A stretch of 59,560 nucleotides of DNA, filler included, from Sphacelaria rigidula (Eukaryota): the NCBI GenBank assembly GCA_964200075.2. It is 9 parts of 9 records of this genome, joined end to end, with 100 filler letters (N's around TTAATTAATTAA, not from the genome) between each part and the next. Parts side by side here need not be neighbours in the genome. Positions count along the whole stretch, not along the records: positions 39,777 to 46,304 come from CAXNAA020019530.1; positions 46,405 to 52,932 come from CAXNAA020019531.1; 7 more parts are not named here. One strand, written 5' to 3'. The translations under genes and the position numbers were made by a program. Shown one piece after another: positions 39,677-52,500 of the stretch (position 1 is its first letter; the number at the start of each line of letters is the position of its first letter). The notes under the pieces were generated by a model. The model was given only the letters and a program-made list of their open reading frames with translations, was not told where the DNA came from and searched no databases.

Positions 39677-42223
39677 NNNNNNNNNNNNNNNNNNNNNNNN
39701 NNNNNNNNNNNNNNNNNNNNTTAATTAATTAANNNNNNNNNNNNNNNNNNNNNNNNNNNNNNNNNNNNNNNNNNNNTTTTCTCCCTACTGTCTAATGCAT
39801 CAAACGATTTCATGCCACCTTTGTTCACGTCTTGCATTTCCGGGGGGGGCAGGGGTTATACTCATTTGTTGCTTGCTTTCAAGCCGATTGGACCGCATTC
39901 ATGGTGCGATACGCTGCTGCTCTCGTGCCTGTGCCCTGATACTCATGAAAAAAAATCTCGATTTCCTGTCGGTGCCTTTGCTCTTGGACGCGTGTGGACC
40001 TTATTTAACCGGCGCTGGCTGCTGCGCTCGTGTGTCGGATCAACACCTGTACGGCGTGACTACCGAGGTTTTCAAGGGGGGCAGTGCTGTGGGTTTTCTA
40101 CATCGGTGTCGACGTGTTCGGGCAGTCTGAATTATTGCTTCCCCACGGTTTTGATGGCTAAGCATCCCTTTCGGGACGGAGCACAGTTGCGAGGGGGAAG
40201 GGAACAGACCCATCGACAGTCCAAAGTTTTGTTTGCAACAACATCCCGGTGATGCAACTGGTGCAAACCGAAAGCTGGTAGGGTCGCAACGAGATAGAGA
40301 GTTTGAGTTGCGGTCGACGCAGATTCCTTGTCTGAAAAGTACTTACTGTAGTATATGATTATTTTTCTTCCCGACGTTGAGAAAAGTGAGGGTGCGTGTG
40401 AGTAGTAGCAAAAGGGGAAAACAAACACGTTTGACGAGAGAGAGTCCACGCAGGTGCGGGATTACAAGCTGAGACAAATCCGCGACACCAGAAAAATGCA
40501 AGGCGTGTACCGTACCGGGAGAGGTGGGTTGATTCCTTGAGACCACTGACCTGCCTCGAGGATGGAAGGGAGAGACATCTGACAAAACACACACACTTAG
40601 TTTCACAACTCAATTCTCTTAACAGAAACACCACCAAGATCTGGGCGTTCACGACGGTTTCCCATGCATTACACAGATCCGAGAACGACGATGGAGGCCC
40701 TACTGCACAGATGCATAACGTGGGCCCCGCGCTGGGAGCACTACCGGTTGCTCAGGGCGGTACGCTACCGGCTCCTGCTGCGGCTTATCGAGTACCGCCG
40801 AATGCGTGGCACATACCGAAATGGCACCAAGGGAGTAATCGTAGACTCGAACTCCAGTAAAAAATCAAGGGAATGATGAGCAATAAACAAAACAAAACAA
40901 AATGTTTTGGGGCCTATTCTCCAAAAATATCGCCTCCAAACTATTGAAAAGGAGTAATACTGTGTAGTCTATCTGTAAGGTAACTAACTACGTGCTCCTT
41001 TTTACGTGATTGATCGGAATGGTCATTCCGCGCCTCTCGGTCCTCGTTCCTGGATTAGAATCTTCCGCGGGAAACTTCCAGACACATGGTTGACTTAGTG
41101 AGCTTTTCGGCTGCTCTGAGGACAGACACCCCCCCCCCCCCCCCCCCCCCCTCCTCCCGAGAAACCCCCCCCCNNNNNNNNNNTTCCCCACCCATTTCGG
41201 CCTTAGGTGCCTTCTCGGGCCCCCCAGGGACACCCCCCCCCCCCCCCCCCCCCTCCCGTCAAAAACTACCCCCCCCCCCCAGGTCACTGAAAACCCCCGA
41301 ATGTCTCTGGACTGACAGCCTGTGAAACTGTTCCGAGGCGACGCTCGCCGTCTAAGGCTTGAAATAAAAATATTACGAATGGGTTTTATAATACAACAAA
41401 TTTCATCAGTTTTCAGGGAGAACATATATACTGGAACCTTATATACTACTGTACTACTACTGTACTACTACTGTGCTGGTGGATAACATCTTGACAACAG
41501 TAGAACACGATCGCACATATGTATTTGAGACCAGCGGTCAATCGCAGCTTTTCGGCCGAATATGGCAGGAGGTAAGCATGTAGGCTACATGTAGGCTAGG
41601 GTACGAGCCCCTACTGCACGACGGAATGTTATGCTCGATTATGCTAGTGATGTGGATATTATGATTTTCATGCTACTCGCTGGAATCCTGTGCTACTTAT
41701 ACTCCTCACCGAAACGCTATGCTTTGTATGCTACAAAGGTGGAATGATGCTCGAAATTATGCTAACATAATCGGTACAAACCTAGACTGTCTGTCAGTTG
41801 GTTCCAGGCGCTGCGTGAAGGGTTCGTTCATTTCCTCGAGGGACATCAACCGTGCAAGATCCACGTGTTGGAAGACATCTACAAAAACCAGTCCCATGAA
41901 GCAACTTTCGGTGGCGTGTTAAAGCTTTGATTTTGCTGACATCGAGGTTGATGATCATGGTACAATTCTACGCATCATGCAGGACAACATCAGCGGCACG
42001 AGGGGTGTTATATCCCGTATCCTTATTATGCCGCACTAAATATGTAATTGACTATAAGATCTGTTCTGTTGTCGCTGATCTTTCGCTCACGCATATTATG
42101 CTATATTACACTATACTTACCTTTGTCATCATCTCCTGCTAGTCCACACTCCCGATAAAGCACCGTAACCAGCATAACTGCAGCTCCTACGTCCTACCGA
42201 CGACGCTATAACCTCACCCTACC

Positions 42224-42615
42224 CTTCGATCGTGTTCTGTCTGCGGCGGAACCGCTCCTCTGCTTCGACTACGGGTCTGATTAGGCTTGGCCGTTATCAT
42301 GCATAATCCTGCTGTACTGCTGGACTGAGCTTGCGCCGTGGAGCGGTTCGTGTTCCTTTTGCCTTTGCTCGGAGTGGTTGCCGGCGAGTTGACTGGAATC
42401 ATCCATGCCTACAGCGCGACGGTTCGGTGAAAATGAAAAATATGAAGGGGTGGAACTTGCCGAGTTGTCTTTGGTGAGTTGGTTGAGTTTTGATAACAAT
42501 CGGAACATGTATCTACCTCGTATAACAACAGTGGGCCTGGTGTACAGACAGCGCCGCAGTTGGTAAATCGCTCGGGATGCTTGAAATAGAAATCGGCATT
42601 ATCCGGTACTGTCAT
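42224..42615 (-). CDS. Possible pair of exons (42517-42615 and about 42224-42408) of an unknown gene or relic
   Basis: GAG|gtagat...ctgtag|GCA joins the two open frames in phase 0; no homology recognised. Confidence 0.28.
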
Positions 42616-44642
42616 GATTCACGCCTAGTTGTTCATATGCGCCCGCGTGTCTTCTCCTCTCGCCATTGCACTGCTGCCGTTGTTGTGGTAGTGTAAAGTA
42701 TCCTATTGGTGTGCACAAGAACAAGCGATAGCACCATCCATCAAAATTGATATCCGCCGATAACGAACATCCCGCACTTGTTCGATAGGAACATGCATGC
42801 CGCATGTACCAACACTTGGTGCTTCTCGTCCCTCTCTGCACGCACTGCCGTTGTAGCAATTTGACGTTGCTATTGAACTATACTTTAGCAATGGACAACG
42901 CAGTAGGCAAGCATGGACGTATATCTGTTTCTTCTTCTGAGAGCATGCTATCCGTTCGGATTGGATACTCAAATCCCACGCGAAATCCCAGGCCACAACT
43001 ACATCATATTAGTTTCAACAGGTGACTAACCGCAGTACTCCCGCAAACATGCGGTTATGTGTATATGGTATACGAATCGATATCCCGCCGCATGACGAAA
43101 GATACCACCACCGGGCGACTCTGGGGCATATATATCGTCCTTTGTTCTTGCATCCATTGAGACCGTGTTTGTGTAGATTAGCACCTGCTTCAACCAAGGC
43201 GGCACTTTCGCCCCCGCCCCTTTAGCCCCGGCTGTTGCCGCCCGTAAAACCCAATTGGGAGCGGTAGCACGTACCTAAAGCGGAGTATACCAGGATACGC
43301 CGCCCCAGCCCAATCTCTCGCTACGGCGGCACGAAAATGCCTCATGCCGCGACGTGTAGCAAGTCGTATTGTACGATAACCACATCCCTACAATAGGACG
43401 AGATAAGTAGTGAAGCAAACCAGGGTCATGATCCAAATCACAGTCTCGTGAGAGAGATTGGTGAAACCACATTGGTGCTTATGCTAGGAACAGTGTTGTT
43501 ACTTTCTCCGACTTTTTTTTTTTTTTCAATACGACGGGTAGATGTCGAGACTAACCGCACCTCGTGTCTAGTGCCGAAGCTTTTTAAGAGTAGAGCGGCG
43601 CGTGCACTGCGTCAAAGGGGATTTTAGTGGGTTGGATCCCCACACTTGCCTTGAGGAAAGCTCGCGAACGCGCGAGGCCCCACATGACTGCCGCGAGGCA
43701 GTCTAGCCGAGCCTCCGAGTAATCGGCACACGAACCCGCTTGCGGGGTAAGTGTTGGGTGAAGTTTCCTTCTTCCTTAAAAAAAAAAGTTGTATCTGATG
43801 GTCCCAAAAAGTGGATGATAACTTGGTTTAAGCCACAACTTCCGTGCCACAAGGCGCTCAGGGCGCCGTGTGGGTTGAAACAGTGATTACCAGCATGGAG
43901 CCCTTCTTTTTATTGCACATCATTGTCTGATGACAATTATAGAGGGTACGATATCAAATCGGTACGGAGACAGCTAGAGATCCTGCCGGCTGTGCCATAG
44001 AGCATAGGGCGCTCATGGATCACGGCTCCAAGAAACATGGCTGACAAGCATCCTTTGGGCTCCGTTATGTATCTGATGGTGCTGGGCTCAATGTTCCTGC
44101 TGCAAGGAAAGAGGCACAAGGAGCGATCAATATCAGCTATTCAGTCCGAATGGTCGTTTGTGGCGCCGGAAATTATGAGGTTAGCAGTATATTTCTCTTT
44201 TTTTTTTTATCGCGTCTGTGTGAAATACCCTGGGTCCTGCTTTGTCTTTACTTGATTCCATTGTACCTCATTTTGGGTAGTTAGCCTGTGACCACGGAAG
44301 GCACTCCGCATCAGATGCCTTGTACGGAGTACGAGCTGGCCCGGCATTAAATCCCACATTCTCTCTCCGCACTAAAACTTCTCAAAATCCCCAAATCAGC
44401 GCGACTTGAGCATATCGCTGTGAACTGCAGACCTGGTAACGCACCGGACCTGGTAACACACGGGACCGCCGCTGCTTGATTGGCGCAGTTTTGGCGATGA
44501 TGTTATTGCACTACACTGAGTACCAGGTACGCCTCTTGCCATTGCGTGACAACGTGTCTGGAGACGTTTCGTTTCACAAAATGCGGTGAAATTACGATAG
44601 ACCGCTGCGCCGCATAGGCACACGCACACCCAACATGCTCAG

Positions 44643-44825
44643 GCAAGAGCACACTGGTAGTGCTGCAAGATGGCATCAAGCTCGTCATAAGCTCCATAAT
44701 GGGAGAAGACCTCCGAGCCAACTGTCCTATATCACCGCACGAGGGAGAAGTATTACTTGAAACTGCGCTAAACCCCCCCAAAAGCAAGACCGTCACCAAC
44801 ATATCGAGACCTTTGCAATCCAGAG
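44643..44825 (+). CDS. Possible isolated exon beginning (G)KSTLV
   Basis: gctcag|GC...AGAG|gtacga; 183 nt, open frame, phase 1-1. Confidence 0.33.
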
Positions 44826-44867
44826 GTACGAGAGATTATGCACGATTAGTATGCACACAAAAGGTTT

Positions 44868-44938
44868 TGGTCGTGTCGGGATTCGAACTCGTGACCTGTG
44901 TGATTTGAGGCTGTTGTATCAGTTTGACCACCGGGGTC
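44868..44938 (-). pseudogene. tRNA-derived relic or SINE head
   Basis: Reverse complement reads CCCCGGTGGTCAAACTGAT...GAGTTCGAATCCCGAC (A and B boxes). Confidence 0.5.
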
Positions 44939-45302
44939 AGACAAAAAGTGCGACGCGAAGCCCAATTTGAGGTATCTTTGGCTGAAACTTTACAAGGATG
45001 TGGTTGACGCGAGTGCCCGTATGTGCCGGAGCGTTGTCATCGCTGTTATCGAGTTTTTAGGACGTCGTAAGCTAAAGCATTTTTTCTGTTTTGCTGAAAC
45101 TTCAACTCGCTCTAACTTCCCTTTTTTTTTCCGTTACACCCCTTACAGGGTTGCGCGGCTCGATGATAAGAATGTGTCGAAAATTCAGCGCCTAACTCTA
45201 AGAACTGCCAATAGCATCTCCACTCTTCATTTAAAACTCACTGATGGCCGGCCCAGCTCGTAGTACTGCGGAGATATCGGAATGTTCTTTTTGAATTTGA
45301 AG

Positions 45303-45360
45303 ACAACAGCAGCAGCAGCAACAACAACAACAACAACAACAACAGCAACAACAACAACAG
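45303..45360. repeat. (CAA/CAG)n microsatellite
   Basis: Directly visible. Confidence 0.95.
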
Positions 45361-46170
45361 TACCTGTAAAATTTGAATCGTCAGCGTAGAGACGGCGCTC
45401 AATTGTTCCGCAACGGCCTCGTTTACCGCGCGAGTACTATATGATGACAACACAAAAATCCCCCATCAGAGAGATGAGGATGGCTATCGCGATGAGGGAA
45501 GGAGGGGCCGGCGGCAACTGGGGGATGACGAAGAAGAGAATGGCGAGATGATGATCCATGCGGGACACGACGATGAAGAGGAAGAGGACGGGGAAGGGAG
45601 GGAGGGGGATAGGCGACCGCTTCTCGCCGAACCGGGCGAGTCTCGCGCGGCACGACGGGCCGAGCGGGCGCGGAAGAGGTGTGGCTGTTTTTTTTTATGA
45701 TCACTTCGTCTTGCCGCGCACGGAGCGAAACGCAGTGTTGTACCGGCAGCGCGGTTTCGGCAATTTGTTGCGTGTGTGTAACCCATGCTACACCTCAAGT
45801 ATGCCCCGTCTGTTGCATTGGTTCAAGTTCGCCTGGGATGGAAATTACTTGGGATGGAAAATGAGTTGCTCTCAGATATGCATGTAGTTGTTTCTTCTGT
45901 GCGCGCTCGGAAGGGTTAGCACACATGTACGGAGGGAGGACCAAGGGGTACCCTGCTGTTAGAATAAATACGGCACTGTAGGCATGGAGCTGTGGTCCTG
46001 TCGTCCCTCCTGCCCTGGGTGCACCACCTATAACCCTCTTTCAAATTCAACGTACGGTACTGTTTTAAGGAATACAAATGGATTACAGAACGTTGTTGAT
46101 TCATCCCCACCACATACACCTCCCCCCCTCCTTGAAACTATACATATATACACTACATAGTATGCATGCC

Positions 46171-46250
46171 GCGCCCCGGTGGTGTAATAGCCCGACTATC
46201 GCCAATAGGGTGGAGAGAACGGGGGTTCGATTCCCGATGCGTTGGGTTTT
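46171..46250 (+). pseudogene. tRNA-derived relic or SINE head
   Basis: GCCCCGGTGGTGTAATAG...GGGTTCGATTCCC followed by oligo-T. Confidence 0.55.
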
Positions 46251-46671
46251 TTCTTCGTAATGTATAATTTCCACCGCGGAAAGCGTGAGAATGTGAGTAA
46301 ACAANNNNNNNNNNNNNNNNNNNNNNNNNNNNNNNNNNNNNNNNNNNNTTAATTAATTAANNNNNNNNNNNNNNNNNNNNNNNNNNNNNNNNNNNNNNNN
46401 NNNNTGCCAGTTTATTAACAAACGGTCAAAGTTCAGAGAAACTCTGAATCTTTCCGTACGCGTGGGTGCGTTTACTATGCGGTTCTTGATGGGTAGAGAG
46501 GGAAATCCCTAAATTAGAGCGAAGTAGACTAATGTGCGGAGATAATAGTTCAAGTGCCGAGGTGGCAAAACATTGCCTGGCCCTCTTGTTTGGCTGAACA
46601 CGTTGCGGAAAGGCCTAGAAAGGCACTTGCCGAAAAAATAATGTTTTCGAGCGATAGGAAGCGGACCTTAA

Positions 46672-46770
46672 CCCCTAAACCGCGAGGGTGGTCCATCTGG
46701 ACCATGCATACTTTTTTCAAGTGGAGATTGATGCCGATTCAGCAGGTGACCAACCCTCGCGGTCAAAGGG
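46672..46770. mobile_element. 99-bp piggyBac-type MITE
   Basis: TTAA on both sides (46668-46671, 46771-46774); TIRs CCCCTAAACCGCGAGGGT / ACCCTCGCGGTCAAAGGG. Confidence 0.82.
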
Positions 46771-47092
46771 TTAAACCACACAAAACTGTCTTGAAACATA
46801 TATGATATGTGTGCGTGTAGATGTATCGTGCTTATAACCGATTCATCCACCAGTCACAAAAATTGAACATCCCCACTCCATCTCCCACCAACCGCTGTAC
46901 TCTGGCAGTTCCGGAAATATTCTCAAGAACACGGGGTTTTACGAATTGGGATGTTCTTTTTTACTGAGGATGAACCTTGGGAAGCTTGATACGCATCGAA
47001 ATATTTTCGAAAAAGAAAAAGCAGATGCACTCTCCATCCGTCAAGTGTGATCTCACTCATCCTGAAAAGAGTCCATCTGAAATTGGTGAAAA

Positions 47093-47486
47093 TGTGAGGA
47101 AGGTGTATCGCTAGAGTGGCCAGAGACCTACGGGGGAGACTGCCGTCCTGATGCCGAAGGAACTCCGCGGCTGGCGATGATCTCCTCTTGTATATGTAGG
47201 CAAGAAGTGGGGTCAGACTAGGAGTGGGCGCCAGAGGCGACGAAGACCACGGGGGGTGTGGGACCGTCCTAATATAGATATATAGATATATATATATATA
47301 GATATATAGACATATATTTCTGGCTCTTCCTGGCATCACCCCGAGTTGTCTAGTTACGTCGGCATTACAGGGTCCTCGGTAATCTGGTCCTTCCGGACCG
47401 TTCCTAACTTTCCCTGCTTGCGCTGGGTCTTCGTACATGTGTGGCATCAGTCTCTGATATGTCACTGCGAAGAAGCATCCTCCACA
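47093..47486 (-). repeat. 3' LTR, with an internal (TA)n-rich expansion
   Basis: Direct repeat of 52149-52500; TG...CA termini. Confidence 0.92.
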
Positions 47487-47774
47487 TTTCTCCCCACTTT
47501 ATGCGCCTCAAGCCCATCGAGGCTATGGCTGGTAGGACGAGGCGATGATCAGCTTCGCTAATGATATAAATCCTGGAGGTTTCTTTGAGTGACAGTCATT
47601 GATTGAGTCACGCCACCACTCATCGCAAAGGCAGTCCTTCTCTTTCCTGTGGTATTGAGTAAACACCCCCAATAAATTTTAGCTACCTTCGGTCGGTAAC
47701 AGTGCATGAATTACAAACCCTCTTTTTTTTTTCTGTCATGTAGCTGTCATATGTGACATGTTTCCATCAGATGT

Positions 47775-48580
47775 GTTTGCACTTGGGTGCTGGTTGCATC
47801 TGCTGGTATGCATGACTGGGCACTGGGACACTGATCGGTCCACGGGCGCCTGGGTTATTCCTGCCCGGGTTCTGGGATGCCTTCGGTTCCGCGGACACCT
47901 GAGTAGGGCTAAGTCTTGGGTTAGTAATAAGGCGGTGTTGAAGATACATGTATGTATATATATTTTTTCACCTGGGAGCATTGTGCTCTTTTGGCTAAAC
48001 ACCGTCAAAATGACCCTTGCTTCTTGTATTGTATCAAATAACTGCACGATGTGTGACACATTTTTTATGGGATGCTTTTGCACTTTGGTGCAGGCTGCGT
48101 CAGTTAGGTATACCTGACTAGGCACCGGGACACCGACTGGTCCACGGGCGCTTGAGGTATTCATGCCCGGGTTGTGGGATGCTTTCGGTTCCGCTGACAC
48201 CGGAGTATAGGACGAGGTCCTCGCGTTAGTATCAAAGCGGTGGGTCTGATGTTTATCTTGCGAGCATTGTGCTCTTTGGTGAAACATCGACATGTTCTTT
48301 GCTTCGCATCTTTTTGTGGCATATAAGTGTGTCTCATGCGATCTATTTCCACAAGATGCGTTGCACTTCGGTGCTGGGTGCATCTGCTGTTTCTATATGC
48401 TTGAGCACTGGGACACTGGTCGGTCCACGGGCGCCTAGGTTTTTCATGTCCGGGTTCTGGGATACCTTCGGTTCCGCTGACACCGAAATAGTACAACGTC
48501 CTCGTGTCAGTAACAAAGCGGTGGATACGATGTTTTCGGCCTGTGAGCATTGGGCTTTCTTGTCTAAACATCGAAAAAAC
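47775..48580. repeat. Three diverged tandem copies of a roughly 280-300-bp unit
   Basis: Units start TGCACTT at about 47779, 48080 and 48362, and share GGTCCACGGGCGC and TTCGGTTCCGC.GACACC. Confidence 0.88.
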
Positions 48581-48621
48581 GATCAGCACTATCCTGATTG
48601 CTGAGAGGATATCTTCCTTGG

Positions 48622-49070
48622 AACACGCGATCTTACAAATTGGGGATGGATCTTTTATTGGGGATGAGAAACCCAGAGAATTAAAAATCTTCTTATGCAC
48701 ACCAAATCTTCGAGTCTGGTTCCATTGCTTTACCTGCTGATAGCTATTATTGAAAACTGCTACACGCGATAGAAATTTGGATTTCGATCACCGCAATGTT
48801 GGGGTTCTAGGTGAAAAACCAATTTCGGAACCATTTTGGCGTCCGTTCGGACACCCGAAATTCCTCAAAAGTGGTTTTTCACCTAGGGCCACAACACTTC
48901 GGTGATCGAAATCCAAATTTCGATGGCGTGTAGCGGTTGTCAATAGATATCAGTAGGTGGAGAAATGGAACCATATTTCGATGATTTGGTGTGGATACGA
49001 AGGTTTTAATTCTCCGGGTTTCTCATCCCTGATAAAAGATTCATCCCCAGTTTGTAAGATCCCGTGTTTT
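48622..49070. repeat. About 450-bp imperfect palindrome centred near 48846
   Basis: GATCTTACAAATTGGGGATG pairs with CATCCCCAGTTTGTAAGATC; GAAATTTGGATTTCGATCACCG with CGGTGATCGAAATCCAAATTTC; CTAGGTGAAAAACCA with TGGTTTTTCACCTAG; centre GTCC-GTTC-GGAC. Confidence 0.92.
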
Positions 49071-49169
49071 GGGAAGTTGCACCCCAGTCACCGATGACAT
49101 ATCAGATATTTTTCCGTTCATGTCTGCATTCTTCTAACGTCGTTTTTTCGTTTTCTTCTCTTGTGACTC

Positions 49170-49575
49170 TCCTTGATCTCCGAATTATGACCCCGGGCTA
49201 CTGCTCAACCCTTGAGCGTTTTGCTTGGATGCTCGAACAGTCTGTTGAACAATCACATCCGTTTCTGTTACCCGATATTGTTTTGGGGGGGGTTCAACTC
49301 CGGATGTGAGGGCTTTGCTAACCCGTTGTCATGACGGTATATATCGAGGAGGTGTCTACCTTGTGTTGTTTCGTCAGCTCGATAGCTTAGGTCAGCTACT
49401 GGGCTGTAGTTTTTGAGCCTCCTTAATCTCCGAATTTCGACCTCAGGTTACTGCTCAACCCTTGAGCGTTCTGCTAGGACGCTCGAATAGTCTGTTAAAC
49501 AGCCAAATTCGTTTCCGTTTCCCTGTAGTTCTTGATTCCGAGTCCGGATGTGAGCATTCAGCTAACCCTTTGTCA
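49170..49575. repeat. Diverged direct duplication of about 160 bp (49170-49331 and 49420-49575)
   Basis: Shared TACTGCTCAACCCTTGAGCGTT and TCCGGATGTGAG...GCTAACCC. Confidence 0.85.
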
Positions 49576-49589
49576 AAGTCCGGTGCCGG

Positions 49590-50640
49590 CGCTATTTCTC
49601 GCGGGTGATATTTCTTCAAATGAGCGAGATGTACTGACGTTTCTCTGGAGTCGTCGCCTATTTTGATTATGTATACAACCGGCGATCGTCTCTCGGCTAC
49701 CATGAATGGTCCTCTCCATGTAAATTGGAGTTCCGGGCTCGGCCTTCCTAAGTCCTGTTATGGTGGGTACAAGCGTACGTTTTGACTGGGTTTGAACACA
49801 GGGAAAGATTTGAATTTGTTCTTGCTTTCTTGCTCGTTCGCTCTTCCTTATAGGGCTTGTCTCGCAATTTCAAATCCAAACTGTAGGTTTTCCCGTGTTT
49901 CTTTGGAAGTTGCTGCTTGACTTTCTTCAGGTATGCCGAGTATAATGTCAATTGGTGGTCTGGGCTTTCTTCCGAATAATAAAAAATATGGTATCTCCTG
50001 TACTGTACTGTGATAGGCTGTGTTGTACGCCATTTGGATGAACGGAAGTATGGGTGCCCAATTTTTGTTTCCAATTAACCTATGCATAGCTAACATCGCG
50101 TGCATAGTGGAGTGGATTCGTTCCGACACTGAATTACTATGCGGGTGTAAAGGTGCCGTGCGAGGTTTATTGAAACCTAGCTCCTGTTGCCAGGCATATG
50201 TTAGCTTCTTTCCGATTTCGGTTCTTTAATTCGAACGCAGTTTTCCCGGGGTGCCAAATGCAGTAAAGACTCTGTCAATTATAGTTTTGGCTGTATTGAT
50301 GTGGTCTGTTTTTTCGGCACCGGAATAAGCAGAGCAAACCTTGTGAGGTGGTCCAATACGGACAACACATATTTACCGAGTGCTCTAGCGTTTGACATCG
50401 AAGGTGTTTTGCATTCGAATAGGTTTGCCGGCACTCTTTCGTATAGCCGTCCTACCGTCACGTGTCTCATCGGCAATTTTTGGCCGGTTGTGGACCGTTT
50501 TTTCGGCGTTGGCAGCCCTAACATAGCGTGCGCTTGTCCGGAATAACATGAAGTCTCTCCGTTCTTGTCTCCTATCATCATCATGGAATGTTTCCGGGGT
50601 TTACATGTCGGCCCAACGGGTTGGCGATTTGTACCACTTC
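49590..50640 (-). pseudogene. Gypsy-type integrase with frameshifts
   Basis: KYVLSVLDHLTRFALLIP; RTAPLHPHSNSVSERIHSTM; WAPILPFIQMAYNTAYHSTVQEIPYFLLFGR; WRGPF (GPY/F module); VHLAHLKKY. Confidence 0.9.
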
Positions 50641-52148
50641 CGTTTTATTCGTCGACTACGTGCATGCTGCTCTTGAAGTAATGATGCGCGTGAATGCTTG
50701 AGGTACATCAGGCGATCAAGTGTCTTCCTCGGTTACTGTGTGCGGCTCCACGACAGCTGTTGCTGGTGTTGACGGGGTATTTTTTTGTTTCAACTAATGC
50801 CATTTTATGCCGGAACCCTCGGATTTTTATGGGGGAACCGTCTGCGCTTCTGAGATCGATGGGTCCTGGCGGTGCTGATTTTGTATCATCAGTGCCATGG
50901 TGGCCTGTTGTTCATCTATTAACTTTTGCTGATATACGGTACATCTGCTGCGGAATCGATTGTGATTTTTTCCAGCGAGGGTACTGTTTACTCTGGCTGC
51001 GACTCTAACGCGACTGGTGCAAAGGATAGCGCTAGGGGCGCATTTGTATACCTGGGGGGTAATAATGCGTTGTATAGTCATAACAGTGATCGTCCGAGGT
51101 CGGGTTGCAAAGGGGAGACTGGTGTTTCGATTTGGAATCAACAGCCCCTGTCAATAACATCGCTGTTTTTCTGGCTGCCAGTTGAAAAATTTTCCGCGCG
51201 GAATGTAACGTTACCGATTCATTGGGATACGGCGGAGAATGTACATGATGAGAGCCTCCACAAGCTGAGCTTCAAGTTCGGCGATGATAGCCCTTTGTGT
51301 GGTGTATTACTTTTTCCACGGCTACTCTGACGGCTGCTTAGGAACCAACCCTCATCGTGCTCTTTCCAGCTTCTACTCCTAGTACGTACTTTCACACCAC
51401 AACTGAGGGCTGTTTTGGTGCCCTTCTGGAGGAGTGAGCTATTGCAGTGAGCAAGAAACCCGCATTCCTCCGATATGTTTTCTTCACTTGACGGTTGACA
51501 CTTTTCTCCATTTCATGCGTGATGAGTTGTGGGATCTTCAACTGTCTGTACTTTCCAACTTTCCTCAGCTTGTGGGCTGGGATGTGGTAAGACCACCCAA
51601 TACACCTCTTTCTTTCGCTCGCTACATGGTAGAAAATGACAAGGTCGTGCATTCGCAGGTTGGGTAACTTATTTGTTAATGCTATTTCGAGTCACCGCGT
51701 TTCCCGAGGTCGGCCTGCTTGATTGATTGCCGTGCCTTTCGCACGATGGTGGTGGAAGGTTGGATGATAAGTGCGGACTCGCTGTACAATCAGCCATTCT
51801 GGTGACATGTAATGCACGTTGAAGAGACTAATTTTGCGTTTTCGCTGTTTGACTAGCCGTACAGGTGACATATACTGCACCCTGAGGAGTTTAATTTCGC
51901 GTTTCGTTCTTTGATTAGTCACGCGGGTGACATATAAATGTTGGCGGGGCTACTTTCGCGTTGATTGAAGCACATTACTCCAATAACCTCTCAACCCGAA
52001 TAATTAAGCACATGACCCATACGTTTCACCTGGAGTAGCGTTCCTTGGGGGGCCCTAGTATTTCCGGTGTCGGGGAGCAGTCGGTTCTCGTTCCAATTGT
52101 TTTACTTCTCAGGCCTGTCTTGCTTGAGTTCTGTTCTGGTGCCGCCAG

Positions 52149-52500
52149 CGTGAGGAAGGCGTATCGCTGGAGTCGTCAGAGACCTACGGGGGGAGACTGC
52201 CGTCCTGATGCCGAAGGAACTCCGAGGCTGGCGATGATTTCCTCTTGTATATATAGGCAAAAAGTGGGGTCAGACTAGAAGTGGTCGCCAGAGGCGACGA
52301 GGACCTCGGGGGATGTTGGACCGTCCTAATATTAGGTTCTTCCTGGTATCACCCCGAGTTGTCTAGTTACGTCGGCATTACAGGGTCCTCGGTGATCTGG
52401 TCCTTCCGGACCGTTCCTACCTTGTCCCTGCTTGCGCTGGGTCTGCATACATGTGTGGCATCATTCTCTGATATGTCACTGCAAAGAAGTACCCTCCACA
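52149..52500 (-). repeat. 5' LTR
   Basis: Direct repeat of 47093-47486; PBS immediately inside. Confidence 0.92.

Larger units (their letters stand above)
47093..52500 (-). mobile_element. Decayed, internally deleted Ty3/Gypsy-type LTR retrotransposon
   Basis: Direct LTRs at 47093-47486 and 52149-52500 (TGTGAGG/CGTGAGG...CCTCCACA). PBS TGGCGGCACCAG (minus strand) next to the right LTR, PPT GGGGAGAAA (minus strand) next to the left LTR, AAAA on both flanks, and integrase remains inside. Confidence 0.9.

Noticed and set aside
10201..46250. Functional tRNA genes
   Set aside because: Acceptor and anticodon stems do not pair properly.
47736..48700. 215-aa and 179-aa ORFs inside the LTR element as env-like or cargo genes
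   Set aside because: They overlie a diverged tandem repeat and show no protein motifs or transmembrane pattern.
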